Of a stretch of DNA of 64,000 nt, positions 38,568 to 48,174 are shown piece after piece. Origin of the DNA: an uncultured Nitrospiraceae bacterium (GTDB lineage: Bacteria; Nitrospirota; Nitrospiria; Nitrospirales; Nitrospiraceae); contig CAWJWJ010000002.1 in the NCBI GenBank assembly GCA_963846575.1, positions 1,120,001-1,184,000 of the forward strand. Reading direction: 5' to 3'. Under the pieces are notes generated by a model. That model worked only from the letters and a program-made list of their open reading frames with translations. It ran no database searches and had not been told where the DNA came from. Numbering within the stretch: position 1 is the stretch's first letter; every line of letters starts with the position of its first letter. Position numbers and translations under genes: made by a program.

Positions 38568-39578
38568 TCACGACCGGCGGGAGAGGTTCTTAATCATGAG
38601 ACCCGCCCCGAGCAGAGCCATTCCCGTCAGGACGGGATGGAGTGAAGCCGTCGTGTACAGACTGGATTCCGCGACGTGTCCCTGGTATTCGCCCCGTTCC
38701 TGCAGATCTCCCGACGGGCGGTCCAGGGCATTATCCCGGCGCGGCCTGGCAGGGGGACGATCCGATTGTTGCTGCCGGACCAAGAAGGATTCCATCAGTA
38801 GATCGGCCAGCCGCGGGGCGTAATACCCCAGCATCCCCATCCCTTTTCCTCCCGCCCCGACGAAGACATGCCGTTCAGGGCTCTCGGCGCAATGCAGGAT
38901 CGTCCTCGCCACGATGTCCGGCGCATAGACGGGCGGCGGATTGGTCGGTTCACTGTTCATGTAGTTCTTGGCGTGGCGCGAGTAGGGTGTGTCGATCGCA
39001 CCCGGTTGAATCAGGGTGACGGAGGTGGGGATCCGGTCCATCTCGAGTTCCATGCGTAACGCGTCGGTAAATCCCTTGACCGCATGTTTCGAGGCGGAGT
39101 AGATCCCCTGCAGAATCAGGGCGCGCTCGGAGAGCGTGCTTCCCACATTGATGATCGCGCTGGGCTGCAGGCGTTCCTTGAAATGCCGCGCCGCTTCCAA
39201 AGAGCCGTACACGAGGCCCCAGAAATTGGTTTCGAAGAGCCGCCGCATATCTTCGATCGGTTCATCGAGCAGCTTCCCGTAGATCGACACCCCGGCATTG
39301 TTCACCCAGGTGTCGAAGCCGCCGAACTTCTGTCGCGCGACTCGAGAGATCCGTTGAACGTCGGCGGGTTTTCCCACATCCGCGGTCACGGTCACGGCCC
39401 GCCGGTCCCCGTCGGAGAGTTCGCGATCGAGTTCCAGCAGGGCTGCATCGCTCCGTGCGGCGAGGACGAGGCGGGCTCCGGCCCGGCGTGCCATGCGGGC
39501 CGTCACGAGACCGATACCCGAAGAGGCGCCGGTAATGACGATGACTTGATCGCGGAGTTTTTTTAGACGCCTGGCCAT
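38568..39578 (-). CDS. short-chain dehydrogenase/reductase
   Basis: TGASSGIG, NNAG, YSASK. Confidence 0.92.
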   Translation of the reverse strand: MARRLKKLRDQVIVITGASSGIGLVTARMARRAGARLVLAARSDAALLELDRELSDGDRRAVTVTADVGKPADVQRISRVARQKFGGFDTWVNNAGVSIYGKLLDEPIEDMRRLFETNFWGLVYGSLEAARHFKERLQPSAIINVGSTLSERALILQGIYSASKHAVKGFTDALRMELEMDRIPTSVTLIQPGAIDTPYSRHAKNYMNSEPTNPPPVYAPDIVARTILHCAESPERHVFVGAGGKGMGMLGYYAPRLADLLMESFLVRQQQSDRPPARPRRDNALDRPSGDLQERGEYQGHVAESSLYTTASLHPVLTGMALLGAGLMIKNLSRRS

Positions 39579-39773
39579 GCGTGATTGCTCCTTTGCTGCC
39601 GGTCATGACATGCGCGACGCACTGCCGGAGAGGCCCTTCCGCCGCGCGGATCAGCTCATGCAGCCCGCCGCGCGGTGTTGCTGGCCGGGCCTCGTGAGGC
39701 TGGCGTGCCCGACGGCAAAGGGCCAGCCTGATTCACGCCCAGCGTCAGGGCAGAACCGGTCTCTCATAGGGCA

Positions 39774-39789
39774 GGCAAACGCTATACCA
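39774..39789 (-). promoter_or_regulatory. sigma-54 promoter candidate
   Basis: TGGTATAGCGTTTGCC. Confidence 0.6.
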
Positions 39790-39862
39790 CCGAACGTCTC
39801 GCGGGCAACGCAGGAACCCCAGGAATCAGAGAATCCAGGTCGGCGGCCGCTGACGAGCGGGG

Positions 39863-39892
39863 GACGAATTGTCCTGACCGGCACGTCCTGTC
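39863..39892. promoter_or_regulatory. tandem GACA-N3-TGTC-like activator site
   Basis: GACGAATTGTC + CACGTCCTGTC, 19-bp period. Confidence 0.6.
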
Positions 39893-39982
39893 CGCAGTCG
39901 GGATACGTAGCTGATGAGCTGGACCGTGCATTGCAGAAGGGAACAGGTGAAGGCCGACCAGGTCGTGCGGTCGCTGGCTGGC

Positions 39983-41503
39983 TCATACTACGGCTGTGTG
40001 ATGTTGGTGCAGGTCACGAATGTCCACTCTCAGACGCGTGCGGCCAGTCCGACAGTTGTCGCATCGTCCGCAGTCCCTGCTGATCTCGCGGGAGAAGTAT
40101 CTGGTCAGGAACCGCACGCGGCAGTCGGTGGTTTGTCCGTACTTCATCATGGCCGCAAGACGACTTTCGTCCTGCCGATGCCGTTGGTCGTACTCTTCGA
40201 GATACAGGGCAAACTCGGACTCGTCACGAAATGCGCGCCGGCAAAGAAACCGGCGGCCTGTCGGCTCCACAATTCCGGCCCGCTCCAGGAGGGCGAGAAT
40301 CACACGGAGGCGACGCGGCGCAATGCCGGTGGTCTTGTGCAGGGATGCGACCGATCGCGGGCCCTGGTGGTCTTGGAATGACGCATCCCCCTGCAACGCG
40401 TGATAGACGCGGGCGCATTCCGCCTGCCGCGGATACTTTCCTCGTAAAAAATATGCCTGCACCCGCCGGTCCTCCAGCCGATACATGAGCGCCGCGAGCG
40501 CCGGTTGACCGTCTCTTCCCGCCCGGCCTGCCTCCTGAACATAACTCTCCAGGGAGTCTGGAAAGGCGTAGTGAATGACGAATCGAAGATCGGGCTTGTC
40601 GATGCCTAATCCGAAAGCCTTTGTGGCGACGATGACCCGGTAGCGATCCCGCATGAAGGCTTGCTGCGTAGACCGGCGCTCAATCAGTGTCATCCTGCCG
40701 TGATACTGACCGGCGGGGAGGCCTGCCCGGACAAGGCGCGCATACAACTCATCGGCTTGTCGAATGGTGGCTACATAGACGATTCCCGTCGCGTCGCCCT
40801 GTTCCTTCACGATCTGCAGGAGGCGCGCGAACTTCTCCTCTTCGTTGGGCGTGGCATAGACCTCGTACCTGAGGCTGGGCCGGTCTATCCCGTGATTGAC
40901 CACGAGGGCGTCGGGAATAGCCAGTTGGGTCAGGATGTCGGAGACCACCGCCGGGGTGGCGGTGGCCGTCAGGGCCAGCACCGGTGGGTGATCCAAGCTG
41001 TGTATGGCGTCGCGGATAGCCAGATAGGCCGGTCGAAAATCGTGTCCCCACTGAGAAATGCAATGGGCCTCATCCACGACGACCAGCGAGACGCCGCTCT
41101 CTCGAAGGAGATTCACATAGTCGGGCTGCTCCAGGCGTTCCGGAGTGACGTAGATCATTTCCGGTAGTTGATGGGTGATATCCCGCAGACATTGCCGTTC
41201 CTCCGGTGCCGTCAGGGTGCTGTTGATCACGGCAACCGGGATCTGTCGTCCCCTGAGTTTGTCTTCCTGATCCTGCATCAAGGAGATCAACGGGGAGATG
41301 ACGAGGACGGCACGGGGCAGAAACAAAGAAGGCAGTTGAAAGCAGAGTGATTTCCCGCCGCCGGTCGGCAGGATGCCGACCGCATCACGTCCGCTCAGGA
41401 CGGCCTCAATCAGCCGGCGTTGACCGGGGCGATAGGTCCTGACGCCGAGCAGGCGTTGCGCTTTACGCTCGTTTGCCGGCGACCACTTCCAGGCGGCGTT
41501 CAT
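39983..41503 (-). CDS. RecQ-family ATP-dependent DNA helicase, short form without HRDC
   Basis: PTGGGKSLCFQ, DEAHCISQWGHDFRP, QEAGRAGRDG, CGRCDNC. Confidence 0.92.
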   Translation of the reverse strand: MNAAWKWSPANERKAQRLLGVRTYRPGQRRLIEAVLSGRDAVGILPTGGGKSLCFQLPSLFLPRAVLVISPLISLMQDQEDKLRGRQIPVAVINSTLTAPEERQCLRDITHQLPEMIYVTPERLEQPDYVNLLRESGVSLVVVDEAHCISQWGHDFRPAYLAIRDAIHSLDHPPVLALTATATPAVVSDILTQLAIPDALVVNHGIDRPSLRYEVYATPNEEEKFARLLQIVKEQGDATGIVYVATIRQADELYARLVRAGLPAGQYHGRMTLIERRSTQQAFMRDRYRVIVATKAFGLGIDKPDLRFVIHYAFPDSLESYVQEAGRAGRDGQPALAALMYRLEDRRVQAYFLRGKYPRQAECARVYHALQGDASFQDHQGPRSVASLHKTTGIAPRRLRVILALLERAGIVEPTGRRFLCRRAFRDESEFALYLEEYDQRHRQDESRLAAMMKYGQTTDCRVRFLTRYFSREISRDCGRCDNCRTGRTRLRVDIRDLHQHHTAVV

Positions 41504-41534
41504 GCGCGTGGACGGTCGCCGGCTTCAGAACTTC

Positions 41535-42332
41535 TCATCGGGACGCCGATGCGGTCGATTCCATGGTCTCTTTGAATCGCTCCAGATCACTCGCAATCTT
41601 TCGGCCCGGGTCCTGTCCGAACAATCCGGCAATGGCTGCTCCGATAGGACCGGCGGGCGGGTCATATTGAAGGGTGACCGTGACCCTGCAGCTACGCCCC
41701 CCTTCGACCGGTTCGAAGTGCACGGATCCGGCATGACCCACCATCGCCCCCTGGAGGGTCCGCCACCCGATCCGCTCGTTCTCCACCTCGTTGATGATCT
41801 CCGCGTCCCATTCCACTGTGGGGGCCCCGGGGACCGTGTCGATCACCCAATGGGATTTGCGATCGTTGAGGGTCTTCACGCTCCGTACCTGGCTCATCAC
41901 GGTCGAAAGGTTCTCCAGGTTCCTCCAGAATGCATACAGATCCTTTGCCGGCCGGGCGATCACAATCGACTCCTCGATCTTGAGCGCGCGCCTGCTGTGT
42001 ATTTTCCTCCGTCCCAAGGAAGACGTGTCGGTCTTATCCCTGGTGCTGACGCCCATGCTGTGATAGGCCGGACAAAATCCGGTGAGCGCACGATACAGGA
42101 GGGTGACACCGAGCATGGCGCCCACTCCGGTGATCGGTGACAAGGGGCGTGTGACGGTCCGGAGCAACAGACCTCCCCCGACCAATCCGGAAATGACCCG
42201 TTCGGTTTCGCCCACGTTCGACTGCGCCTCGTCGCCCTGTTCGTTTTTCCATTCCTCGTTCCGCAAGTCTTGTCCGTTGTGTGCGGGTCTCGCCTTTGGC
42301 GTTGTCCTGATACCGCCGCGCATATGTGCCAT
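41535..42332 (-). CDS. SRPBCC/cyclase-dehydrase family protein with N-terminal DUF2892-like TM hairpin
   Basis: NVGETER, TGFCPAY, LYAFWRNLENL, EWDAEI, DLERFK. Confidence 0.88.
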   Translation of the reverse strand: MAHMRGGIRTTPKARPAHNGQDLRNEEWKNEQGDEAQSNVGETERVISGLVGGGLLLRTVTRPLSPITGVGAMLGVTLLYRALTGFCPAYHSMGVSTRDKTDTSSLGRRKIHSRRALKIEESIVIARPAKDLYAFWRNLENLSTVMSQVRSVKTLNDRKSHWVIDTVPGAPTVEWDAEIINEVENERIGWRTLQGAMVGHAGSVHFEPVEGGRSCRVTVTLQYDPPAGPIGAAIAGLFGQDPGRKIASDLERFKETMESTASASR

Positions 42333-42445
42333 AGCTCCTCCTGATTTCGGCCAGGTTGTGAATGTCTCGAGAAGGTATCCGGGAGCCCCCTGGAACGGTG
42401 CGTTGCTCTCCGGGGTCCAGCCCTGCTTTTCCGCAACATCAGAGG

Positions 42446-42461
42446 TGCAAGTGTGGGGCCA
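42446..42461 (-). promoter_or_regulatory. sigma-54 promoter candidate
   Basis: TGGCCCCACACTTGCA. Confidence 0.68.
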
Positions 42462-42567
42462 TCGTCACCCTCATGGGACAGGACGAGAGCCCGTTCAATC
42501 CAGCCGTAAATCGCGGGATGTTCCGGCTGCTGCCGGATTCAGACAGTGAGAAGAGCCGGACCGGCAG

Positions 42568-42597
42568 GACCGATTGTCTTACGCGGGACAAATTGTC
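42568..42597. promoter_or_regulatory. tandem GACA-N3-TGTC activator site between divergent promoters
   Basis: GACCGATTGTC + GACAAATTGTC, 19-bp period. Confidence 0.7.
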
Positions 42598-42665
42598 TGA
42601 GGGGCTCCGGCAGAGTTCCATCCGTAAGTCTTGGTGACTGATGCACTTTTCGTAGACCATGCGAC

Positions 42666-42681
42666 TGGTTGATCCTTTGCA
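42666..42681 (+). promoter_or_regulatory. sigma-54 promoter candidate
   Basis: TGGTTGATCCTTTGCA. Confidence 0.62.
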
Positions 42682-42741
42682 TACGCCACGACAGACAAGA
42701 GAGCGGTGTGCCCAACTCTACGTCAGCTCAGGAGGTCCCTC

Positions 42742-43086
42742 ATGGCAGATAAGAGCGTCAAGAAGGTTACGTCGGACTATTCGCCGAACGGCAGGATGGG
42801 ACAGAAGTATCTTGCTTCAGGCATCAACGTCTCGATGCGGCTGTGGGAATCTTTGCCTCCCGCGCCGCCGACGCCGCAAAAGAAGCGGGACTATGAGGTC
42901 GTCGGGTATGTCATTCAGGGACGGGCCAAGCTGGAGCTCGAAGGGCAGACCATCCTGCTGGAGCCGGGGGATTCCTGGGTCGTTCCCCAACAGGCGACTC
43001 ACCGTTATGAAATCCTCGAACCATTCACCGCGGTCGAGGCGACGACCCCTCCGGCCCAGGTGCACGGGCGGGACGAAGGAGACTGA
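42742..43086 (+). CDS. cupin domain protein
   Basis: AGGAGG RBS; YEVVGYVIQGRA, LEPGDSWVVP, HRY. Confidence 0.88.
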   Translation: MADKSVKKVTSDYSPNGRMGQKYLASGINVSMRLWESLPPAPPTPQKKRDYEVVGYVIQGRAKLELEGQTILLEPGDSWVVPQQATHRYEILEPFTAVEATTPPAQVHGRDEGD

Positions 43087-43154
43087 GACCGGGCCACGCA
43101 CCTGTCGCGCACCCGTTGACCGGGAAACATGGTACGGGGGTGCCGGGTCGGGAG

Positions 43155-43979
43155 TTATTTGGAATTGGGGACCGGAAGCGGAGCCCCGGGGTCATGGGGG
43201 TCGTGCCAGAGGGCAATCCCGCCCAAAAGCCCGTTGAGATTTGAGACGATCGTGACATTTCCGGGAAGCCGGCTGATATCGACTTGCGCCGCATTCCCGC
43301 CGCCGATATAAAGGCGCTCGTAATGGAACATCCGTTCGAGTTTGGTGACGGCCTTGACCAGGCGGTTGTTCCACAGTTTCTTGCCGAGCCGTTCGAACTC
43401 CTCATTCCGGAGCCGGTTCTTCCCGACTTCCACGTTCGGTATCAGCCTCCCGTCCACGAAGAGAGCCGAGCCGACCCCCGTGCCCAATGTGAGCACCAAC
43501 TCGACGCCCTTGCCCGAGATAGCCCCGAACCCCTGGATGTCCGCATCGTTCGCCGCACGAACCGGTTTTTTGCGGAACATTTTGCTGAGGGCCTTCGTGA
43601 GGTGGAAATGGTCCCAGGCGGGGTCCAGATTCGGCGCCCCTGATACCACTCCGTTCCGGACAATGCCCGGGAATCCCACGCTCGCCCGATGGAATTTCCC
43701 GGCTTGTTTTGCCAGGACTTTAATCGTTTTAAGAACATTTTCCGGATTTTTTGGTTCCGGAGTCGGGAGCCGTTGACGCTCGCCGATTGGCTCCCCGATT
43801 TCGTTGACGACCATCACTTTGATTCCCGTCCCGCCGATGTCGATGACCAGCGTCCTGATCGGCTCATGCTCCGGGGGAGCGGGCGCCGCGGTGGCAGCTT
43901 GCGAGGCTGCTGACGTCTTTGAGTTCTTGGAGGGTGGGGATGTTTTCGGAGACCGTGACTTCGCTTTAGTAGTGGCCAT
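43155..43979 (-). CDS. ROK-family sugar kinase (polyphosphate glucokinase-like)
   Basis: IDIGGTGIK, VGFPG, NDAD, LTLGTGVGSA, IGGG. Confidence 0.85.
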   Translation of the reverse strand: MATTKAKSRSPKTSPPSKNSKTSAASQAATAAPAPPEHEPIRTLVIDIGGTGIKVMVVNEIGEPIGERQRLPTPEPKNPENVLKTIKVLAKQAGKFHRASVGFPGIVRNGVVSGAPNLDPAWDHFHLTKALSKMFRKKPVRAANDADIQGFGAISGKGVELVLTLGTGVGSALFVDGRLIPNVEVGKNRLRNEEFERLGKKLWNNRLVKAVTKLERMFHYERLYIGGGNAAQVDISRLPGNVTIVSNLNGLLGGIALWHDPHDPGAPLPVPNSK

Positions 43980-44207
43980 GCTGTATTTATCACCCGTTGA
44001 GAAGACCTGTCGATTGTTCCGGATATATGCTTAGGCACACGAGGCCGCAGCGGTGGCGACTATACCAGAATAGGGTGTTATCCGCACCTGTTCTACCCGG
44101 AAGAGCGTCGCCTGCCATGATTGTTCGTGGAGGCAGGCGGACGAGGCGCATGGCCCGCGACGCAAGGCCGTGAGGGGTCACGAATCCCCCTCGCTCTCCG
44201 CCTGCGT

Positions 44208-44561
44208 TCAATTTCCTTTGTCTGCTCCGGTCTTCCCCGTCGTGCCGCCCTTATGGGAATCCTTGGTGGAGTCCGATCCGGCCGGCTGAGACTTGCCATC
44301 CCGCGCTGCAGGCGGTTCCGCTTGATGAGGGTCTCTCACGGCTCCGGTGCCCGACCCGCTCTGGTCGTTGCGGCCGGTATGTTCGCCGGTATTGCCGCCG
44401 CGAGGCGTGGTGATCGACCCGTCCTTTCCTTGCACCGTGCCGGGGCCGGTCGATTGTTTCGGGTCATAGGCCGAAGCCGGGGCAATGGTCGCAAGTGCCA
44501 TAGTCAAGAGCGCGCCAGCGGTAAACGAGAGGCGTATTTTGGTGCCTGCTTCTTGTGTCAT
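44208..44561 (-). CDS. small exported low-complexity Gly/Thr/Ser-rich protein
   Basis: AGGAGG RBS, signal peptide ending ASA. Confidence 0.65.
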   Translation of the reverse strand: MTQEAGTKIRLSFTAGALLTMALATIAPASAYDPKQSTGPGTVQGKDGSITTPRGGNTGEHTGRNDQSGSGTGAVRDPHQAEPPAARDGKSQPAGSDSTKDSHKGGTTGKTGADKGN

Positions 44562-44691
44562 GTCGATCCTCCTGCAGTTACGTGCGTTGTGAAATGAAAG
44601 GATTCTTGATTGTGTGTGTTATCTGCTCCGACCGGTTTTCGTCTTCAGATGAAGATACCGAAACCTGAAGGCTTGAGCGAGCCACTGAAAC

Positions 44692-45543
44692 TCAGCCATT
44701 CACGATCGTCCCGCCGTTGGGATGCAGCACCTGCCCGGTCATGTAGGACGAGTCGTCCGAAGCCAGGAAGAGATAGCAGGGCGCGACTTCCTCCGGCTGG
44801 CCAGCCCGTTTCAAAGGCACCTGCGATCCGAAGGTCTCGACCTTCTCGGTCGGGAACGTGGAAGGGATGAGCGGGGTCCAGATCGGACCCGGCGCCACCG
44901 CATTGACCCTGATTTTTTTATCCGCCAGGGCCTGGGACAGGGATCGGGTAAAGGACACGATGGCCCCCTTGGTCGATGAGTAGTCCAGGAGATGCCAGCT
45001 TCCCTTATAGGCAGTCACCGACGTCGTATTGATGATGGCGGCCCCTTCCGGCAGGTGGGGGAGCGCTGCCTGGGTCATATAGAAGAATGAAAAGATGTTC
45101 GTCCGGAAGGTTCGCTCCAGCTGGTCGGGAGAAATCTTCGTAATGCTGTCTTGTGGATGCTGCTCCGCGGCATTGTTCACCAGGATGTCCAGGTGTCCGA
45201 ACTCCTTCAGGGTGCGATCCACGCCTTCCATGCAAAAGTCGGCGGCTCCGACATCCCCTGCCAGGGCCAGGCAGCGGCGCCCCTCTTTTTCCACCAGGCC
45301 TACCGTCTCCTTGGCATCCCCGTGCTCGTTCAAATAGAGGATGGAAACATCCGCGCCCTCTCTCGCAAACGCGATGGCCACGGCGCGGCCGATCCCGCTG
45401 TCTCCACCGGTCACGATCGCGACCTTCCCCGCCAATTTGCCGGTGCCGCGGTGCTGGGGATCGTCGGATCGAGGGGCGGGGGTCATTTCAGATTCAAGCC
45501 CCGGGCGTCGATGTTGCTGTTGGGCCGGTTGTTGTGTTGCCAT
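44692..45543 (-). CDS. SDR oxidoreductase, general stress protein 39/YhdF-like
   Basis: TGGDSGIGRA, NNAAEQH, YSSTK, APGPIWTPLIP. Confidence 0.92.
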   Translation of the reverse strand: MATQQPAQQQHRRPGLESEMTPAPRSDDPQHRGTGKLAGKVAIVTGGDSGIGRAVAIAFAREGADVSILYLNEHGDAKETVGLVEKEGRRCLALAGDVGAADFCMEGVDRTLKEFGHLDILVNNAAEQHPQDSITKISPDQLERTFRTNIFSFFYMTQAALPHLPEGAAIINTTSVTAYKGSWHLLDYSSTKGAIVSFTRSLSQALADKKIRVNAVAPGPIWTPLIPSTFPTEKVETFGSQVPLKRAGQPEEVAPCYLFLASDDSSYMTGQVLHPNGGTIVNG

Positions 45544-45668
45544 ACGCCAGACACTCCTGTTGCTTCGGCACGAGCAGGGCCCGCGCCAGTCCTTGCCGTA
45601 CGAACTGCTGCTCGTTGAACGGCGCCTCGATCGCCGTTGTGACGCGTAGTGCTGAAAGGCACACCGTC

Positions 45669-45712
45669 CAGAGAGGGCAGGGGACGAACAGACTTCGTGC
45701 CCTGCCTCTCTG
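45669..45712. terminator. long intergenic stem-loop
   Basis: cagagagggcaggggacgaa / ttcgtgccctgcctctctg imperfect inverted repeat. Confidence 0.45.
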
Positions 45713-45735
45713 TTCGGCGAAGCGGTCAGAGGCTG

Positions 45736-46095
45736 CTATTTGCCTCCCCCGCCACTTCCACCGGACGACTGCCCGCCGCCTGAAGACGAGTGCCCGCCTC
45801 CTGACGTAGAAGCTCCGTGCGCACCTGAGTTACCGCCCGATCCCGTGTTGTCATGTCCCGAGCCGGTGCCTTTGTTGGAGCCGGAGCCGGATGACATCGG
45901 TTTTCCGTCCTTGTCGTAGTTCCACCCGCTGCCCGGGACGCCCTTGCCGCCCTTGGAGTCCGATTCACCCTGCTTCCCCTCAGTGACGCTGGGCGATGTG
46001 CCGCCGCTGGAATGCTGAGCCACGGCAGGCAATCCTGCGAATGCGATGAGTCCCCCCGCGAGGCAGGCGACCTTGAATGCTTGCACGGTCTTCAT
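45736..46095 (-). CDS. small exported Gly/Ser-rich protein
   Basis: AAGGAGG RBS, signal peptide ending AVA, Gly/Ser tail. Confidence 0.7.
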   Translation of the reverse strand: MKTVQAFKVACLAGGLIAFAGLPAVAQHSSGGTSPSVTEGKQGESDSKGGKGVPGSGWNYDKDGKPMSSGSGSNKGTGSGHDNTGSGGNSGAHGASTSGGGHSSSGGGQSSGGSGGGGK

Positions 46096-46155
46096 TGCGC
46101 TCCTCCTTCGTGAAGTGAGTGAACTGGTGGTTTAGCCAGTGACGCTGACTACCTC

Positions 46156-46171
46156 TGCAAAAGAAAGGCCT
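46156..46171 (-). promoter_or_regulatory. sigma-54 promoter candidate
   Basis: AGGCCTTTCTTTTGCA. Confidence 0.6.
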
Positions 46172-46311
46172 CGCCGCTGTCCAACGTCATCCGGGCAGTT
46201 CGGCGGACAAAGGCCAGCTAACCCTACGTATTACCTCCATCCATGGCCGTTTCAGGGAATTGTCGGTTGGGCGTGAGGGTGGGTGCGGGTCCGGCCACGC
46301 GGTGAAACGAA

Positions 46312-46341
46312 GACAGGATGTCTCGTGCAGGACAGTCTATC
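46312..46341. promoter_or_regulatory. tandem GACA-N3-TGTC activator site
   Basis: GACAGGATGTC + GACAGTCTATC, 19-bp period. Confidence 0.68.
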
Positions 46342-46596
46342 CTCCCGGAGGTTCCTCCCTGACGGGGATGCGCCTCCCTCCATCGGCTGCCCGCGCCGCA
46401 GTGCGATGACGGAAGTTGAGAGATCCCACCGGAGCGGCAGCGGTGTCCCGTGAAACTGCCAATCGCTGCGGCCAGTCGGTTCCGAACGGCGTGAGGCAGG
46501 ATCTGTCGATGCGCAGGGTTTCCGGCCCTGACACCGCCCTTACTGCGTGGGACGACAGGGCCGGTAGTCATACGCGCGGTCAGACGGCCAAGGAAC

Positions 46597-47157
46597 TTAC
46601 AATCGAACTCCCGTATCCGCCCCATGGCGGGCCAGCAGCTTCTGGATCTTCAGGGGGTCCTCGTCGGTCCGCACCGTGATCAGCACCTGGCCCTTCTGGA
46701 CGGCTGCGTCATATTCTTGGGCGGCGGTTTCGGGAACGTTGATGCTGACCAACGCGCCCACGAGTCCACCGGCGACCGCGCCGACGCCACTTCCTGCGAC
46801 GATCGAAGCGCCGGTTGCGCCCAATAGGGAGATGAGCGCGCCGCCCGCCAACAAAGGCGCCAACCCGGGAACGGCCACAAGTCCGGTTGCGGTGAGCAGA
46901 CCGGCAAGCCCGCCGATGATTCCTCCTCCGACCGCACCCTTCGTCGCCTCCTGGGCGGTGGGAGAGGACCCTTCGTCTTCTATAAAGGAGGTGTCGCCAT
47001 CGGCCTGCCGCATGGCCAGCCCGATCTGTTCATCGGCTATTCCATGCGCGCGCAGCGTTTGGACCGCCTGCTTCACGGCTTCCAGGTCCGGCAGCAGTCC
47101 GACGACGACATGACCTGCCGAGCCGGACGATTGATGGACTGATGTCGTAGAATTCAT
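46597..47157 (-). CDS. general stress membrane protein with glycine-rich hairpin
   Basis: AVQTLRAHGIADEQIG, GGIIGGLAG...PLLAGG, GQVLITV. Confidence 0.8.
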   Translation of the reverse strand: MNSTTSVHQSSGSAGHVVVGLLPDLEAVKQAVQTLRAHGIADEQIGLAMRQADGDTSFIEDEGSSPTAQEATKGAVGGGIIGGLAGLLTATGLVAVPGLAPLLAGGALISLLGATGASIVAGSGVGAVAGGLVGALVSINVPETAAQEYDAAVQKGQVLITVRTDEDPLKIQKLLARHGADTGVRL

Positions 47158-47245
47158 AGGGTCACCCTTTTAACTGAACTCAATTTCCCTTACTGTCCTT
47201 TCTACATGCCGTACACAGTGCCCGTTTCCACTCGATGACCGGACC

Positions 47246-47746
47246 TTAGCTTGAGCGCTTGCGTCGTGCCGTCTTCCGTGGTGCGGCTGCGGCCCGCCGC
47301 TTCGAAGGAGACGCAGGTGCCGGGTCTCTCTCCGGCTGCCTCATGAGCCGCTCCTTGTAGTCTTCCGAGGAGGCCGGGTTCAACTCCCACCGTGCCTCAT
47401 CCCGCACGGTCATTTTCTCGCCGAAGTTCAGGGGCTCCTGATCCTCGTAGGTGATGCCCGCAGCCCGGCCGATATCATCGACTCGATCCTGGTCCGGCGT
47501 CGGATTGGATCCGCCGGGCGTTTCCGTTCCCGCGTCGAGGCCTTGCTGGGATACGTCGGGATCTCCGCCGCTCAATCGGGTCTGGTCGCTGGTGAGCGGA
47601 TGGATCTTCCCGGCCAGTTCTGCCGAGGATGTCACGGTTTCCGTTTGATCCCGAAACCCCTCCGACTCGGAAGGGGGTTGGTTCTCGTAGTAATCACGGA
47701 TGGTTTGATCCGCATCCACGGTGTTATGCGCTTGTGGCTCTTTCAT
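47246..47746 (-). CDS. DUF6335-like protein
   Basis: LSGGDPD...GGSNPTPDQDRVDDIGRAAG...RWELNPASSED. Confidence 0.75.
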   Translation of the reverse strand: MKEPQAHNTVDADQTIRDYYENQPPSESEGFRDQTETVTSSAELAGKIHPLTSDQTRLSGGDPDVSQQGLDAGTETPGGSNPTPDQDRVDDIGRAAGITYEDQEPLNFGEKMTVRDEARWELNPASSEDYKERLMRQPERDPAPASPSKRRAAAAPRKTARRKRSS

Positions 47747-47802
47747 GTTCCCTCCTTCTACAACGCACCCCTCAGGGTGCGGTCATTCTCTCGCCCGGAG
47801 AC

Positions 47803-48174
47803 TCAGGCTCCTACAGAGCGATCACCATAACCTGCCCGGATAGACGTGAGACGGTCCATCGGGGGACCATCTGCCATGACCGGACTTCCCGTAACTGACT
47901 GCGAAAGGCCGGACTTCGTGTGTCGGACGGTCTGTCGCTTCACATCCGCCGCATGAGCAGAGAGGGTCGTTTCCTGGGGCGGAGCGGGTGGAATCGGTTT
48001 CGGAGCAGGCGGCGGAATCGGCGCGGGAGGTAACGGTCTGGGTGAAGGGCTGGGAATGGGCGCCGGTGGAATGGGCTCCGGTTGTTGCAGCACCGGTATC
48101 GGAGCCAACAAATGAGCGGCCAGGAAACAGGTGGCCGCAAAACCGTAACACGAAAGCCTCTGTAACCCCTTCAT
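47803..48174 (-). CDS. putative Pro-rich exported/membrane protein
   Basis: GGAGG RBS, hydrophobic leader, PIPPAP repeats. Confidence 0.45.
   Translation of the reverse strand: MKGLQRLSCYGFAATCFLAAHLLAPIPVLQQPEPIPPAPIPSPSPRPLPPAPIPPPAPKPIPPAPPQETTLSAHAADVKRQTVRHTKSGLSQSVTGSPVMADGPPMDRLTSIRAGYGDRSVGA

Noticed and set aside
47926..47936. Seventh enhancer site (GACGGTCTGTC)
   Set aside because: Single copy with no partner at 18-19 bp and no correctly spaced GG-N10-GC downstream.
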